A stretch of 64,000 bases of DNA from an uncultured Gemmatimonadales bacterium (GTDB lineage: Bacteria; Gemmatimonadota; Gemmatimonadetes; Gemmatimonadales; Gemmatimonadaceae): assembly GCA_963850905.1 (NCBI GenBank), contig CAWKMU010000003.1:3520001-3584000 (forward strand), read 5' to 3'. The number at the start of each line of letters is the position of its first letter. Within the stretch, counting starts at the first letter, position 1. Shown piece by piece: positions 19,649 to 30,898 of the stretch. The translations under genes were made by a program, and so were the position numbers. A model generated the notes under the pieces. It was not told the origin of the DNA. It searched no databases and worked only from the letters and a program-made list of their open reading frames with translations.

Positions 19649-20197
19649 TCAAGAGGCGCCCCGCAACCGCCGTTCGTCGCCTTTCGCCCTTCGCCTGTCG
19701 TCTCTCTCGCCCGCGCGCCGACCCCTGCTGAAGCGGCGAACCAGACTTTCCTGGCGGGACCACATTGGAGAGGCGGTGCGAGCCACGCCCGCCGCGTGGT
19801 CGTAGCCGATCACGTGCAACAGTCCGTGGACGACCAGTCTCGTGAGCTCCTCCCGAATCCCCACACCCCAGCGGGCGGCGTTCCGCCTGGCGACGGACGG
19901 CGCGACGTAGACATCACCCACCAACCCGTCGCCGTGCCCCGCGCGCCGCCCACTACTGTGCCGAGATGGCGTACGCACCCGGCGCGGCGCGAAGGCAAAC
20001 GCGATGACATCGGTCGAACCGTGATGGCCCAGGTGCCGCCGGTTGAGCCGCGCGATTGCGTGCGGCGTGACGAAGGCGATCGACACGAGAGCGTCCCGGA
20101 CCCCTTCCGCCCGCAAGACGCCATGCGCGAGTCGGCGTACACGTTCAAGGGCGATGGGTACCCGGACGCTCTCGGCTCCCACCGCGACGGAGAGCAC
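19649..20197 (-). CDS. ybeY: rRNA maturation endoribonuclease YbeY
   Basis: LNRRH..STDVIAF, GDVYVAP, HGLLHVIGYDH. Confidence 0.92.
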   Translation of the reverse strand: MLSVAVGAESVRVPIALERVRRLAHGVLRAEGVRDALVSIAFVTPHAIARLNRRHLGHHGSTDVIAFAFAPRRVRTPSRHSSGRRAGHGDGLVGDVYVAPSVARRNAARWGVGIREELTRLVVHGLLHVIGYDHAAGVARTASPMWSRQESLVRRFSRGRRAGERDDRRRAKGDERRLRGAS

Positions 20198-20200
20198 GCA

Positions 20201-21646
20201 TCACGCCGGCGTAGCCGACGCGAACTCGGCGGTGATGCCGCCACTCGCCGAGGGGTAATCGATGCGATGGTGGTACATGCCAATCAATACCCGGGCAAAC
20301 TCCTCCTTCACGACCTCGAGCTGCTTGAGCGTCAGCGGTGCCTCACGCAGCTGCCCTTGTTCGATCCGTTGGCGAACGATGTACTCGATCACTTCGCGGA
20401 TTTTCTGGGGATTCGGGTCGTTCAGGACGTGCGCGGAGGCCTCGACTCCATCGGCCAGCATGCAAATGGCGGTCTCCGCCGTCTGCGGCACCGGCCCCGG
20501 ATAGGAGAACTGCGCCGCGTCGATGACGCCGCCGTCACGCTCTCGCGCCTTCTCATAGAAGTACGTGATCCGGCCGGTGCCATGGTGCTCAGTGATGAAG
20601 GCACACAAGGCAGCCGGGAGGCGATGCTCGCCGGCGAGCTCGATGCCCGCGCAGACGTGATTGCGGATGATCGCTGCGCTCGCCGTTGGCTTCAGCTTGT
20701 CGTGTGGGTTGCGTCCCCGCGGCTGATTCTCGACGAAGTACTCTGGCTTCGTGAGCTTGCCGATGTCGTGGTAATACGCTCCGACGCGCGAGAGCAGCCC
20801 GTTGGCGCCGATCGCGGTGCAAGCGGCCTCCGCGAGATTCGCGATGCGCATGGTATGCGCAAACGTGCCGGGCGCCTCGATGCTCAGCCGGCGCATCAGT
20901 GGCCGGTTGAGGTCCGACCACTCGAGCAGCTTGAGGTAGGTGTCGACGCCAGCGAACTCCTCGAGCGGGGGCAGGAACATGAGCGCCAGCGCCACGGACA
21001 CAACGGAGTTCGTCGCGCCCCAGATCACATGCCATCCGACCGAAACGTCGGACGCCCCGGTCGAGAGCCCGATCGCCACCTCCGCGAGCGCGTAGGCCGC
21101 GGCGGTGACGAGAATCGAGTAGAACACCTGGTCGCGCCGGCGGATCACGCGGACGCTGAAGGAGGCAGCGACGCCGACCACGAGGAACAGGAACAGCGCG
21201 GGCGTGCCGAGATACGGCGGCTGGATGCCAATCAGCGCCGCCAGCACCAGCGACGCAAACACGCTGACTCGCGAGTCGAACAGCACGCTGAACAGCACCC
21301 CGGCAAACGCGATCGGCACGAATTCCGGCGTCGGCGTGCCGCGCGCTGCCACGGCAGCTGCCGCAAGGATGATCAGGAACACGCCGGCCACCAGCAGGAC
21401 CGTGCGCAGGGACCGGTACAGGCTGGGCCGGAAAAACGCCAGGGTCAGCCCGCACACGCCGAGGATCAGGGCGTTCGTGAGTACCGCGCCAGCGGCAGCC
21501 GCGACTCCGCCGTGCAACCGACCAAACAGGAGGGCACACAGCACCGCGACGATCACGAGCACGAGCCAACGGGCGAGGTGTGCGACGACCACGGCCCCGA
21601 GCGGCGCGCCAGGAACCAGGCGGTCGATGTGCCGCCACCAGGTCAC
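20201..21646 (-). CDS. 7TM-HD (HDIG) phosphohydrolase, PgpH/YqfF-like
   Basis: Multiple TM helices, then EAPGTFAH, YYHDIGK, YFVENQ..NPHD, EHHGT, YPGPVPQT, MLADGVEA; sits between phoH and ybeY. Confidence 0.88.
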   Translation of the reverse strand: MTWWRHIDRLVPGAPLGAVVVAHLARWLVLVIVAVLCALLFGRLHGGVAAAAGAVLTNALILGVCGLTLAFFRPSLYRSLRTVLLVAGVFLIILAAAAVAARGTPTPEFVPIAFAGVLFSVLFDSRVSVFASLVLAALIGIQPPYLGTPALFLFLVVGVAASFSVRVIRRRDQVFYSILVTAAAYALAEVAIGLSTGASDVSVGWHVIWGATNSVVSVALALMFLPPLEEFAGVDTYLKLLEWSDLNRPLMRRLSIEAPGTFAHTMRIANLAEAACTAIGANGLLSRVGAYYHDIGKLTKPEYFVENQPRGRNPHDKLKPTASAAIIRNHVCAGIELAGEHRLPAALCAFITEHHGTGRITYFYEKARERDGGVIDAAQFSYPGPVPQTAETAICMLADGVEASAHVLNDPNPQKIREVIEYIVRQRIEQGQLREAPLTLKQLEVVKEEFARVLIGMYHHRIDYPSASGGITAEFASATPA

Positions 21647-21674
21647 CGCGTGGCCGTCTTCCTCAGCGCGGATC

Positions 21675-22637
21675 TCAGGCGCCGGCGTCGTAGGCGTAGG
21701 CTCGAATGATGTCGCGGACGAGTCGGTGTCGGACGACGTCGGTCTCGTCAAAATAGTGGAAGGCAATCCCATCGATTCCAGACAAGATACGCTCGATCTG
21801 CATAAGCCCCGATTCTTCTCGGCGGGGCAAATCGATCTGCGTCTTGTCTCCTGTGATGACAATTTTTGAATTCACGCCGAGCCGCGTCAGGAACATCTTC
21901 ATTTGCAACGTCGTCGCGTTCTGTGCTTCGTCAAGGATGACGAACGCGTCCGCCAGTGTCCGGCCGCGCATGAACGCCAACGGCGCGATCTCGATAGTAC
22001 GAGTCTCGAGTGCGCGTTGGATTCGCTCCGGTGGCATCATCGCGTCCAACGCATCGTACAGCGGACGGAGGTACGGATCGACCTTCGCCTGCATGTCGCC
22101 CGGGAGGAACCCCAGGCTCTCACCAGCCTCGACGGCCGGCCGCGCCAGCACGATCCGCCGCACGCGCTTGCGGACGAGCGCGTCGACCCCGGCCGCCACC
22201 GCCAGGTACGTCTTGCCAGTCCCGGCCGGCCCGATACCGACGACGATGTCGGTGTCTACGATCTTCGCCAGATACTCCGCCTGCCCGGGCGTCTTCGGCA
22301 CGATCACCTTCCGCACGCCAGGCAATGCGATCCGCAGGCCTTCCCCGTTCTCCGAGCCGTTCGACGGGCCGCGCCCCTCGCCTTCGTGCAGGCGCAGCAC
22401 ATCGTCGGGCGTGACCGCCTCACGCTGGCGAGCCAGTTCGATCATCCGATTCGCCACCGCCACGGCCCGATCGACCGAATCAGCCGGGCCGCTGACGGAC
22501 AACTGGTCATCGCGCAGGGCGACCCGCGCGCCCGACAGGCGCGCGAGCTCGACGAGATTCGCGTCGTTCACGCCCGCAAGCGTGAGGAGATCGGCGCCCT
22601 CGGTCGACAACCGCTGCGTCACGGCCGCATTAGTCAC
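21675..22637 (-). CDS. phoH: PhoH family ATPase
   Basis: GPAGTGKTYLA, RPAVEAGESLGFLPGD, MRGRTL, DEAQN, RHRLV. Confidence 0.95.
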   Translation of the reverse strand: MTNAAVTQRLSTEGADLLTLAGVNDANLVELARLSGARVALRDDQLSVSGPADSVDRAVAVANRMIELARQREAVTPDDVLRLHEGEGRGPSNGSENGEGLRIALPGVRKVIVPKTPGQAEYLAKIVDTDIVVGIGPAGTGKTYLAVAAGVDALVRKRVRRIVLARPAVEAGESLGFLPGDMQAKVDPYLRPLYDALDAMMPPERIQRALETRTIEIAPLAFMRGRTLADAFVILDEAQNATTLQMKMFLTRLGVNSKIVITGDKTQIDLPRREESGLMQIERILSGIDGIAFHYFDETDVVRHRLVRDIIRAYAYDAGA

Positions 22638-24456
22638 GGGCCGGCCCCTCCCCCGCAGCGGCGTCGCTCACGCGGCGCAGGTGCAGCTCGGAGAGATCGC
22701 GCGAGGGCACTGTGGTCGGTGCGCCTTCGAAGAGAGCCCGCGCCGCGGTAGTCTTGGGAAAGGCGATCACATCCCGAAGGGAGGTCGCACCCGCCAATGT
22801 CATGGCGATCCGATCGAATCCAAACGCGATCCCGCCGTGCGGCGGCGCGCCGCCGCGCAAACCTTCGAGCAGGAACCCGAATCGCGCACGGGCGTCGTCC
22901 TCTCCTATCCCCAGGACGCGAAACACTGATTCTTGGACATCGGGATCGCTGATGCGGATGCTGCCACCGCCAAGCTCCGTCCCGTTGAGGACTACGTCGT
23001 AGGCGACGGCGCGAACCCGCTCCGGGTCACGTTTCAGCAACGCCAGGTCGTCCGGATGCGGTGCCGTGAATGGGTGGTGGACCGCGGTTAATGCCCCCGT
23101 CTGGGCGTCCCGCTCGAACGCCGGGAAATCGAGCACCCACAGAAATTCGTTGACTCCGCTCCGAATGAGCCCGAGGCGGCGAGCCGCCTCCTGACGCACG
23201 CGATCGAGCGCAGGGCTGGAAATTCGATCCGGCCCCGCGACGAGGAGCGCCGCGTCGCCCTCGGCAAGGGCGAGGCGCTCCTGCGCGGCGGCCGACAAGA
23301 ATTTCGCCGCGGGGCCTTCCACGACGCCGCCAGCACGCCGGAGCCGAATGAGGCCGCCTGCTCCAGCGCCTTTGGCGATCGCCTCCAGCTCATCGACCTG
23401 CTTCCGCGACCACCCCGCAGCCTGCGGGATCTTGAGTCCCCTGACGCGGCCACCCGCCTCGATCGCCGCTCTGGCAATACCGAAGTCGGTTCCGCGGAAC
23501 AGGTCGGTCGCATCGAAAATCTCGAGACCGTAGCGCAGATCTGGCCGGTCGATGCCAAATCGTTCCATCGCCTCGGCGTAGGCCATCCGGCGAAACGGCA
23601 CCGACACCGACACCCCGATCTCCGCGAACAGGGTGGCCACGAGGCCCTCGGCGAGCGACAAGATGTCTTCGCGCTCGACGAACGATGCCTCGATGTCGAT
23701 CTGCGTGAATTCCGGCTGACGATCGGCGCGGAGGTCCTCGTCCCGGAAGCAGCGGGCGATCTGGAAGTACCGATCGAATCCCGACACCATGAGCAGCTGC
23801 TTGTAGAGCTGCGGCGATTGAGGGAGCGCGTAGAACTCGCCCGGGTGGACGCGGCTCGGGACCAGATAGTCCCGCGCGCCTTCGGGCGTGGGCTTCGTGA
23901 GGATCGGCGTCTCGATCTCCAGGAACCCCCGCTCGCTCAAGAACCCACGAGTCGCCTGCATCAGGCGATGCCGCAGCACGAGGTTCCGCTGGAGTTCGGT
24001 CCGGCGCAGATCGAGGTAGCGATGGCGCAGACGCAGCTCCTCCGCCGCGAGCTGCTCGCCGCGCGGTGGCGCCACCGGGATCGCCGGCGTCGTGGCGGGC
24101 CCAACGACCTGCAGCGCCGCGGCCCGCACCTCGATGTCGCCGGTCTCGAGATCGGCGTTCCGTTTGTCGTCGGGTCGCAACGCAACCTCGCCCTCGATCA
24201 GCACGGCGCTCTCGACGCCGACGGCCCCTGCCTGCCTGATCACACCGGGCGGCGTCCACCGCGGATCGAAGGAGATCTGCACGACACCCGCGCGATCTCG
24301 CAGATCGATGAACACGATCGCGCCCATATCCCGCGTGCGCTGTACCCAACCGCCGAGACGCACCGCCGAGCCGGCGTCAGCCGAGCGCAGCGATCCGCAC
24401 ATGCGAGTCCGAAGCGACGTGGATAACAGCGAGCGGTCGACCACCTCGTCCGTCAT
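22630..24456 (-). CDS. aspS: Aspartate--tRNA ligase
   Basis: FIDLRDR, RLRHRYLDLRR, TPEGARDYLVPSR, FRDEDLRADRQPEFTQ, GGGSIRI, PPHGGIAFGFDR. Confidence 0.97.
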   Translation of the reverse strand: MTDEVVDRSLLSTSLRTRMCGSLRSADAGSAVRLGGWVQRTRDMGAIVFIDLRDRAGVVQISFDPRWTPPGVIRQAGAVGVESAVLIEGEVALRPDDKRNADLETGDIEVRAAALQVVGPATTPAIPVAPPRGEQLAAEELRLRHRYLDLRRTELQRNLVLRHRLMQATRGFLSERGFLEIETPILTKPTPEGARDYLVPSRVHPGEFYALPQSPQLYKQLLMVSGFDRYFQIARCFRDEDLRADRQPEFTQIDIEASFVEREDILSLAEGLVATLFAEIGVSVSVPFRRMAYAEAMERFGIDRPDLRYGLEIFDATDLFRGTDFGIARAAIEAGGRVRGLKIPQAAGWSRKQVDELEAIAKGAGAGGLIRLRRAGGVVEGPAAKFLSAAAQERLALAEGDAALLVAGPDRISSPALDRVRQEAARRLGLIRSGVNEFLWVLDFPAFERDAQTGALTAVHHPFTAPHPDDLALLKRDPERVRAVAYDVVLNGTELGGGSIRISDPDVQESVFRVLGIGEDDARARFGFLLEGLRGGAPPHGGIAFGFDRIAMTLAGATSLRDVIAFPKTTAARALFEGAPTTVPSRDLSELHLRRVSDAAAGEGPARD

Positions 24457-24629
24457 GGCCGACACGCCAATCGATTACTGTTCATTGACTTGCCAGTGAA
24501 TCTAACGGGGCCACGCCCCCGTCGGTAGGCGCCCGCCCAGCGACACTACGTGAAGGCCTGGCACGTAAGTTATTGAGCTACTACTTGATACATGATCGAC
24601 CTCCTGTGACATATGAGGGCTCCTCGGCC

Positions 24630-25713
<1,084 letters not shown>

Positions 25714-26136
25714 GCTGTCGGCCCATGCCTCGACTCGTGCCGCACCGAGTGCTCGCGACACCAGCCGCGCCCAATCCTCGTGCGTTCCTCGGCCCACGAC
25801 CAGCGTTGTGTCCCGAAGCGTGCCGGAAGTCCCCAGCGTGACGACGTCGAACCCCTGATCACGCAGGTAGAGCATCGCCCGCCGCCCGAGCCCGTGTTGC
25901 TTCGTCGCGTTGAACAGCTCGATCCGGACGCGAGTTCCCTCTGGGGCCCTGACATCACTGCCCATGAAATCGCGGCCCGTTCCGCGTTGCCGCACCGGCC
26001 CAGCGGCGAACGGCCGGCGCCCCGAGCCCGACAGCGATCAGCGCCACCGCGAGGAGCGCCACCAAATATCGTCCCACCCCTCGCGCGCGATCACCGCGAT
26101 GGGAGGCCGCGCTCGCAGCCGCCGGAACGTCTTCGA

Positions 26137-26665
26137 CTAGCGAACCGCGTTCCACAGCGCGACGGTCTCGCCCAGCAGCGCCTTGCCCTCGCGCAGTGTC
26201 CAGTCCAACCGCGTGCGCACCACCTGCCGAAAAGTCCCCGCGAAGTCGAGTGGCACCAGATGCGCGAGGTAGGCGCGGTCCCCCCGTGCGAACGCCCGGC
26301 CTGGTTCCAGGAAGTCGGCCATATATAGCGCGCGGCCGGTGTCCGCCCAAGTCGGCGCATCCAACCGTGTGCCACCGTACGGCCTCGAGGACGTCCTCGC
26401 GCCGCTCGCCATTGGTCGCCAATTGGACCGCGGCGGCGGGCCCGTGGAGCAGGTTGGCGTCCGAGTGTCGGTCGCTCGTGATATCCCGGAGGACTGCCTC
26501 GGGAGCATCCCGCAGCGCGTCGTGCCACATCGCCGCATCGTGCCAGGCCTGCGCGGCGTCGGGCGACAGGTGCAGTGCGGCTGCCCATCCGTCGATCAAT
26601 GCGACGACACGCGCGATGTGCCCGCGCCGCTTTTCCGTCACCACTGCCCACGCCGGTAACGTCAC
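26137..26665 (-). CDS. HD-domain hydrolase, YqeK/Ap4A-hydrolase-like, frameshift near 26348
   Basis: RRGHIARV, WHDALR, LLHGPAAA, AVRWHTVG, LYMADFLEPGR. Confidence 0.8.
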
Positions 26666-27528
26666 GCCGCTGGGTTCTCGAACACCACGTTGTCGATGAG
26701 TCGAGTTCGGCCAACTCGCGCCGCGATCATGGCGACCGCGCCGGCGCTCACCTCTCGTACGGGCTCGAGCCCGATCGGATCAGCCAGCCCGAGATACTCG
26801 ACCTTCACCGCCGGCTGGCGCTCGAGGAGGCGCCGCCCGATCGCCGCGAGGGCGTCGGCGTCCCGCACGCCATCGTTCGCCCACGCCTGCACCATTGCCT
26901 GCAGCGCCTGGGGAATCACCAGAGCCTGCGCGCGTTCGGGCGCGGAGAGGTACGCGTTGCGACTCGAGAGCGCGAGCCCGTCGTCGGCGCGAACGGTCGG
27001 CACCGTGACGACCTCGACCGGGAGATCGAGGTCCTGGACCATCGCGCGGATCAGCGTGACTTGCTGCAGGTCCTTGCGGCCAAACATCGCGAGGTCTGGC
27101 TGGACGATGTGGAACAGCTTCGAGACGACGGTCAGCACACCGGCGAAGTGCCCGGGTCGCGCGGCACCCTCCCAGCGCGCATCTAGCGCCGGGCGGTCGC
27201 TCGGCACGATCGGCGCGACAGCCACCCGCTGAGCGATCGGGTACATCTCACCGACCGTCGGCGCGAACACTACGTCGACGCCGCGGCCGCGGGCGAGCCC
27301 GGCGTCGCGGTCGAGATCACGCGGATATGCCGCGAAGTCATCGGTCGGCGCGAACTGCAGAGGGTTGACGAAGACACTCATCACGACCGTCGCGGCGGAG
27401 GCTCGCGCCGTGTCGACGAGCGCGAGATGGCCTTCGTGGAGCGCCCCCATGGTCGGCACGAGCGCGACAGGCGCGCGAAGCGCCTGCCGGACCCGGCGCA
27501 TTTCGGTCTTGCTGCTAACGAGATCCAC
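26662..27528 (-). CDS. panC: Pantoate--beta-alanine ligase
   Basis: VPTMGALHEGH, SVFVNPLQF, RPGHFAGV, DGLALSSRN, TRLIDN. Confidence 0.96.
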   Translation of the reverse strand: MDLVSSKTEMRRVRQALRAPVALVPTMGALHEGHLALVDTARASAATVVMSVFVNPLQFAPTDDFAAYPRDLDRDAGLARGRGVDVVFAPTVGEMYPIAQRVAVAPIVPSDRPALDARWEGAARPGHFAGVLTVVSKLFHIVQPDLAMFGRKDLQQVTLIRAMVQDLDLPVEVVTVPTVRADDGLALSSRNAYLSAPERAQALVIPQALQAMVQAWANDGVRDADALAAIGRRLLERQPAVKVEYLGLADPIGLEPVREVSAGAVAMIAARVGRTRLIDNVVFENPAA

Positions 27529-27943
27529 TTGCGATTTGGGTCTCGATCTGTTCGAGCTCATGCTGCCAAAAAGCGCGGTGGGGCAGCTCCGGATGCGGCA
27601 GGACCAAGCCCGGCATGTCGACGTGTCGATCGCCGAAGCGCACAATGTCCAGATCCAGCGTCCGCGGCCCCCACCGGACGGTGCGGAGACGCCCATTGAG
27701 GCGCTCGATCTCGTGTAGGCGACCGAGGAGCACCATCGGCTCCAGCGTCGTTCTCAACGCGACCATTTGATTGAGGTACCAGGGCTGGTCCGGCGGCCCG
27801 AGCGGCGCCGTCTCCTCTACGTCGGATGCGGCAACGAGCTCCGTGTCAGCCAACGCGGCCAGCGCGCTCCGCCCCGCAGCGAGATATCCGGCGCGATCGC
27901 CCAGGTTCGAGCCCAGTGCGACATACACGGTCTCGGGAGGCAT
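27515..27943 (-). CDS. folK: 6-hydroxymethyl-7,8-dihydropterin pyrophosphokinase
   Basis: ALGSNLGDR, YLNQ, WGPRTLDLDI, LPHP..RAF. Confidence 0.95.
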   Translation of the reverse strand: MPPETVYVALGSNLGDRAGYLAAGRSALAALADTELVAASDVEETAPLGPPDQPWYLNQMVALRTTLEPMVLLGRLHEIERLNGRLRTVRWGPRTLDLDIVRFGDRHVDMPGLVLPHPELPHRAFWQHELEQIETQIASGSR

Positions 27944-27983
27944 GCAGGGAAACTACCACGCCCCCGCGTCGGCCGCAGTCGCG

Positions 27984-30053
27984 CTATCGCGCGGTCGTGA
28001 TACGCCGCGTCAAATCGCCCAGGTACGTCGTGACGCCGCGGAGTTCGCGGGTGGCATTCTCCAACCCGGCGAGCGCCGTCGCCTGCTCCTTTGCCGATGC
28101 GGCGACCGCCGCGGCGCCCGAGCGGTTGCGATCGGAGATGCCGGCAATCCGTCCGACACGGTCCTGGAGTCTGGCGCATTCCTGTTCCTGGTCGCGGGAC
28201 ACTTGGGCGATGCGGCGGGCGCGCTGCGCGCTCTGCGCCGTCGCCTCGAGAATCACGTCCAGCGCCTTGAGCGCCGCCTCGGACAGCGTCTCCGCGTCAC
28301 CGACGATCGCACGGCCGCGCTCCATTTGGCCGGCAATCCGACGCGACTGCTCCTCGAACCCCAGGATGATGTCCGCGGCCTGGGCTGAGGCGCGCGCGCT
28401 CCGCTCCGCCAGCTTGCGGACTTCCTCCGCAACGACCGCGAAGCCTCGTCCCTCCGGCCCCGCCCGCGCCGCTTCGATCGCCGCGTTGAGCGCGAGGAGA
28501 TCGGTCTGCTCGGCGACTTCTTTGATGACGGCGATGAACTCCGTGACGTTGGCCGCCGTGCGCGCGAGTTGATCGACCTCGGAGGAGCTTTCACCGACGA
28601 ATCCCTTGGCGCTCACCAGCCGGTCGATCGCTGTTGCGATGGTCGAACGGTGCTCAGTCGCGACATCCGTCGCGCGTCGGCTCGCTTCGGCCGCAGCGCT
28701 GCCGTCGCGAACGACACCCGTCGTGGCCTCGTGCAGGCCGCGTGTGACATCCAGGCTGCGAGACAGCTGGTCCGCCTCTTCGACGATGGCCCGCGAGATC
28801 TCCGCGATCGTCCGCGCGACGCTTTCGCCACCGCCGCGCAGCGTACGAGCGGAGTGGCCCAGTGTCTCCACTTGCGCCCCCATCCGCGCGACGGCGTCGA
28901 GCAGTGGTTGCCGCAATTCGTGGATGTGCACGGTCATCGCGAGCTGGTTGGCGATGCGCTGGACGATCGGCAATTGCTTCGGCCCGTACGTCGCTCGCTT
29001 GTGATGCTCGAGCTCGAGTAACCCGACACTGCGGTCGCCAAAGCGGAGCGGGGTCACCACGGTGCTCCGCGCGTCCTGCCGCGGATTCTCCACACGGTCA
29101 TCCCGCATCGAATCCACCACGACGGCCGGCCGACCGGACTCCAGGGCGAGTGTGCGCAAGGCTTCGCCGTCTCGTCCGGGAGTGACCGGTTCGCGGAGCA
29201 AACCTTTCTCACTGCGGTAGATGAGACGCGGGCCATCGACACCCAGCTGGTAGATCCGAAAGTCGTTCCAGTCGATCAACCGGTGACCGATGCGCTCGAT
29301 GAGCGAACAGGCTTCCGCGAGGGAGACGTCTGCCGTCACCACGTTCTCCATCGCGTGAATCACGTTCTGCTCTTCGGCGGCAATTGACTCCTCGAGGATG
29401 CGCTTGAGCACATAGCCCGCTGCCGCCAGAATGACGACCACCGGCCAGGCACCCCATCCGAGGTTGACCACTGCCATCAACATCGCACACATGGCCCCGG
29501 TGCCAGCTCCCGCGCCGACCAGCTCGTAGCGCAGGATCAGTGCGCGTTCATCTGGCAGCAGTTTCTCCCGGACCAGGAGCGTGAAGTACAGCATCGAGCG
29601 ACCCAACACATAGTACGCGACGACGAACACCGCGATCGCGAAGGTCGCGTCGGTGCCCAGATCGTTGACGCCACTCAACCGCAACGCGCCCGCAAACAGC
29701 CCGTACGCGCTCGCGAGCGACAGGACCTCACGTCCGGCGTTGATCCACGCAAACTCGAGTGACTTTCTGAGGAGGCCGACATCCGCGATCAACACGCCGA
29801 GGTATACGGCGAGCAAGGTCACTGGCGCGCCGCAGAGCAGCGTACCCGTCAGGGCGACACCGCCGACCAGGTGCAGCGTCGAGTACTTGGTGAGTGGCAG
29901 CTGGGTGGCGCGCAACACCGTCGCTGCAGCGGTCAGGGCGAGCAGATTGACCGGTTGGTCGAGCCATCGGCGGTCGAACGCCAGCGCGGCGACCAGCACG
30001 ATCATCCCGCAGGTGGCAACGCCTCGTGCGTACCGGTGGAGCAGCGTATTCAT
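27984..30053 (-). CDS. Methyl-accepting chemotaxis-type transducer: multi-TM sensor + GAF + MCP signalling domain
   Basis: About 7 hydrophobic helices; [25 protein letters not shown] tip [41 protein letters not shown] overlap with trpA. Confidence 0.9.
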   Translation of the reverse strand: MNTLLHRYARGVATCGMIVLVAALAFDRRWLDQPVNLLALTAAATVLRATQLPLTKYSTLHLVGGVALTGTLLCGAPVTLLAVYLGVLIADVGLLRKSLEFAWINAGREVLSLASAYGLFAGALRLSGVNDLGTDATFAIAVFVVAYYVLGRSMLYFTLLVREKLLPDERALILRYELVGAGAGTGAMCAMLMAVVNLGWGAWPVVVILAAAGYVLKRILEESIAAEEQNVIHAMENVVTADVSLAEACSLIERIGHRLIDWNDFRIYQLGVDGPRLIYRSEKGLLREPVTPGRDGEALRTLALESGRPAVVVDSMRDDRVENPRQDARSTVVTPLRFGDRSVGLLELEHHKRATYGPKQLPIVQRIANQLAMTVHIHELRQPLLDAVARMGAQVETLGHSARTLRGGGESVARTIAEISRAIVEEADQLSRSLDVTRGLHEATTGVVRDGSAAAEASRRATDVATEHRSTIATAIDRLVSAKGFVGESSSEVDQLARTAANVTEFIAVIKEVAEQTDLLALNAAIEAARAGPEGRGFAVVAEEVRKLAERSARASAQAADIILGFEEQSRRIAGQMERGRAIVGDAETLSEAALKALDVILEATAQSAQRARRIAQVSRDQEQECARLQDRVGRIAGISDRNRSGAAAVAASAKEQATALAGLENATRELRGVTTYLGDLTRRITTAR

Positions 30054-30898
30054 GGCGCCGACCCCGGCTGCCGGGACGCGGCATCGATCTCGCGGACCGG
30101 CCCTTGCCCGGCGGCAGCAGCCGTCCCATCGAGAGCTGCGCGCAACTCGCGCGCGAGGTCGATGGCCGCATCCACACGTTGGCCGGCAGCCGCGACGAGT
30201 GCACTGCCGACCACGATACCATCCGCGATCCGGCCCACCGCGTCGGCGTGCTCCGGACGCGAGATGCCGAATCCGACGGCGATGGGAAGGGTCGTTGCGG
30301 CGCGGAGCCGCGCGACGGTTCCCGGCAGCTCCGGCGGGAGCTCCGCACGCGAGCCGGTGACCCCGAGTCGGCTGATCAGGTACACGAACCCGCTGCCGTG
30401 CCGCGCGATTTCGGCCATTCGCTCGTCGGGCGTCGTAGGCGCGACCAGCCGCACAAACGCCAATGAGCTGCCGCCGAGCCACTCCTCACGCATAGGATCC
30501 GCGCCCACGGGCAGATCGGTGACCAGGACGCCGGACGCACCAGCCGCAGCGGCGCGTTCCAGCGCATCGGGTCCGGCAGCCAGCAGCGGATTGAGGTAGC
30601 TGAAGATGATCACCGGGACCCGCAAACGGGCGCGCTCGATGAGCCGAAGCGCGCGGTCGTACGTCATCCCGTGTGCGAGCGCCCGCTGCGAGCTGGCCTG
30701 AATCACCGGTCCGTCGGCAAGCGGGTCCGAAAAGGGAATTCCGAGCTCGATGACATCGGTGCCAATGTCGGCGAGTCCCTGCATGAGATCGACCGTCGCC
30801 GACTCGTCGGGAAACCCCGCCGTCAGGTAGCAGATGAGCGCGCGCCGCCGGGTGGCCCGGAGCGCAGCGAATCGTTCGGTCAATGCGGGGTTTGTCAC
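30050..30898 (-). CDS. trpA: Tryptophan synthase alpha subunit
   Basis: [43 protein letters not shown]. Confidence 0.97.
   Translation of the reverse strand: MTNPALTERFAALRATRRRALICYLTAGFPDESATVDLMQGLADIGTDVIELGIPFSDPLADGPVIQASSQRALAHGMTYDRALRLIERARLRVPVIIFSYLNPLLAAGPDALERAAAAGASGVLVTDLPVGADPMREEWLGGSSLAFVRLVAPTTPDERMAEIARHGSGFVYLISRLGVTGSRAELPPELPGTVARLRAATTLPIAVGFGISRPEHADAVGRIADGIVVGSALVAAAGQRVDAAIDLARELRAALDGTAAAAGQGPVREIDAASRQPGSAP

Noticed and set aside
19637..21709. 690-aa plus-strand ORF
   Set aside because: Antisense to ybeY and the 7TM-HD gene; Arg-rich shadow ORF.
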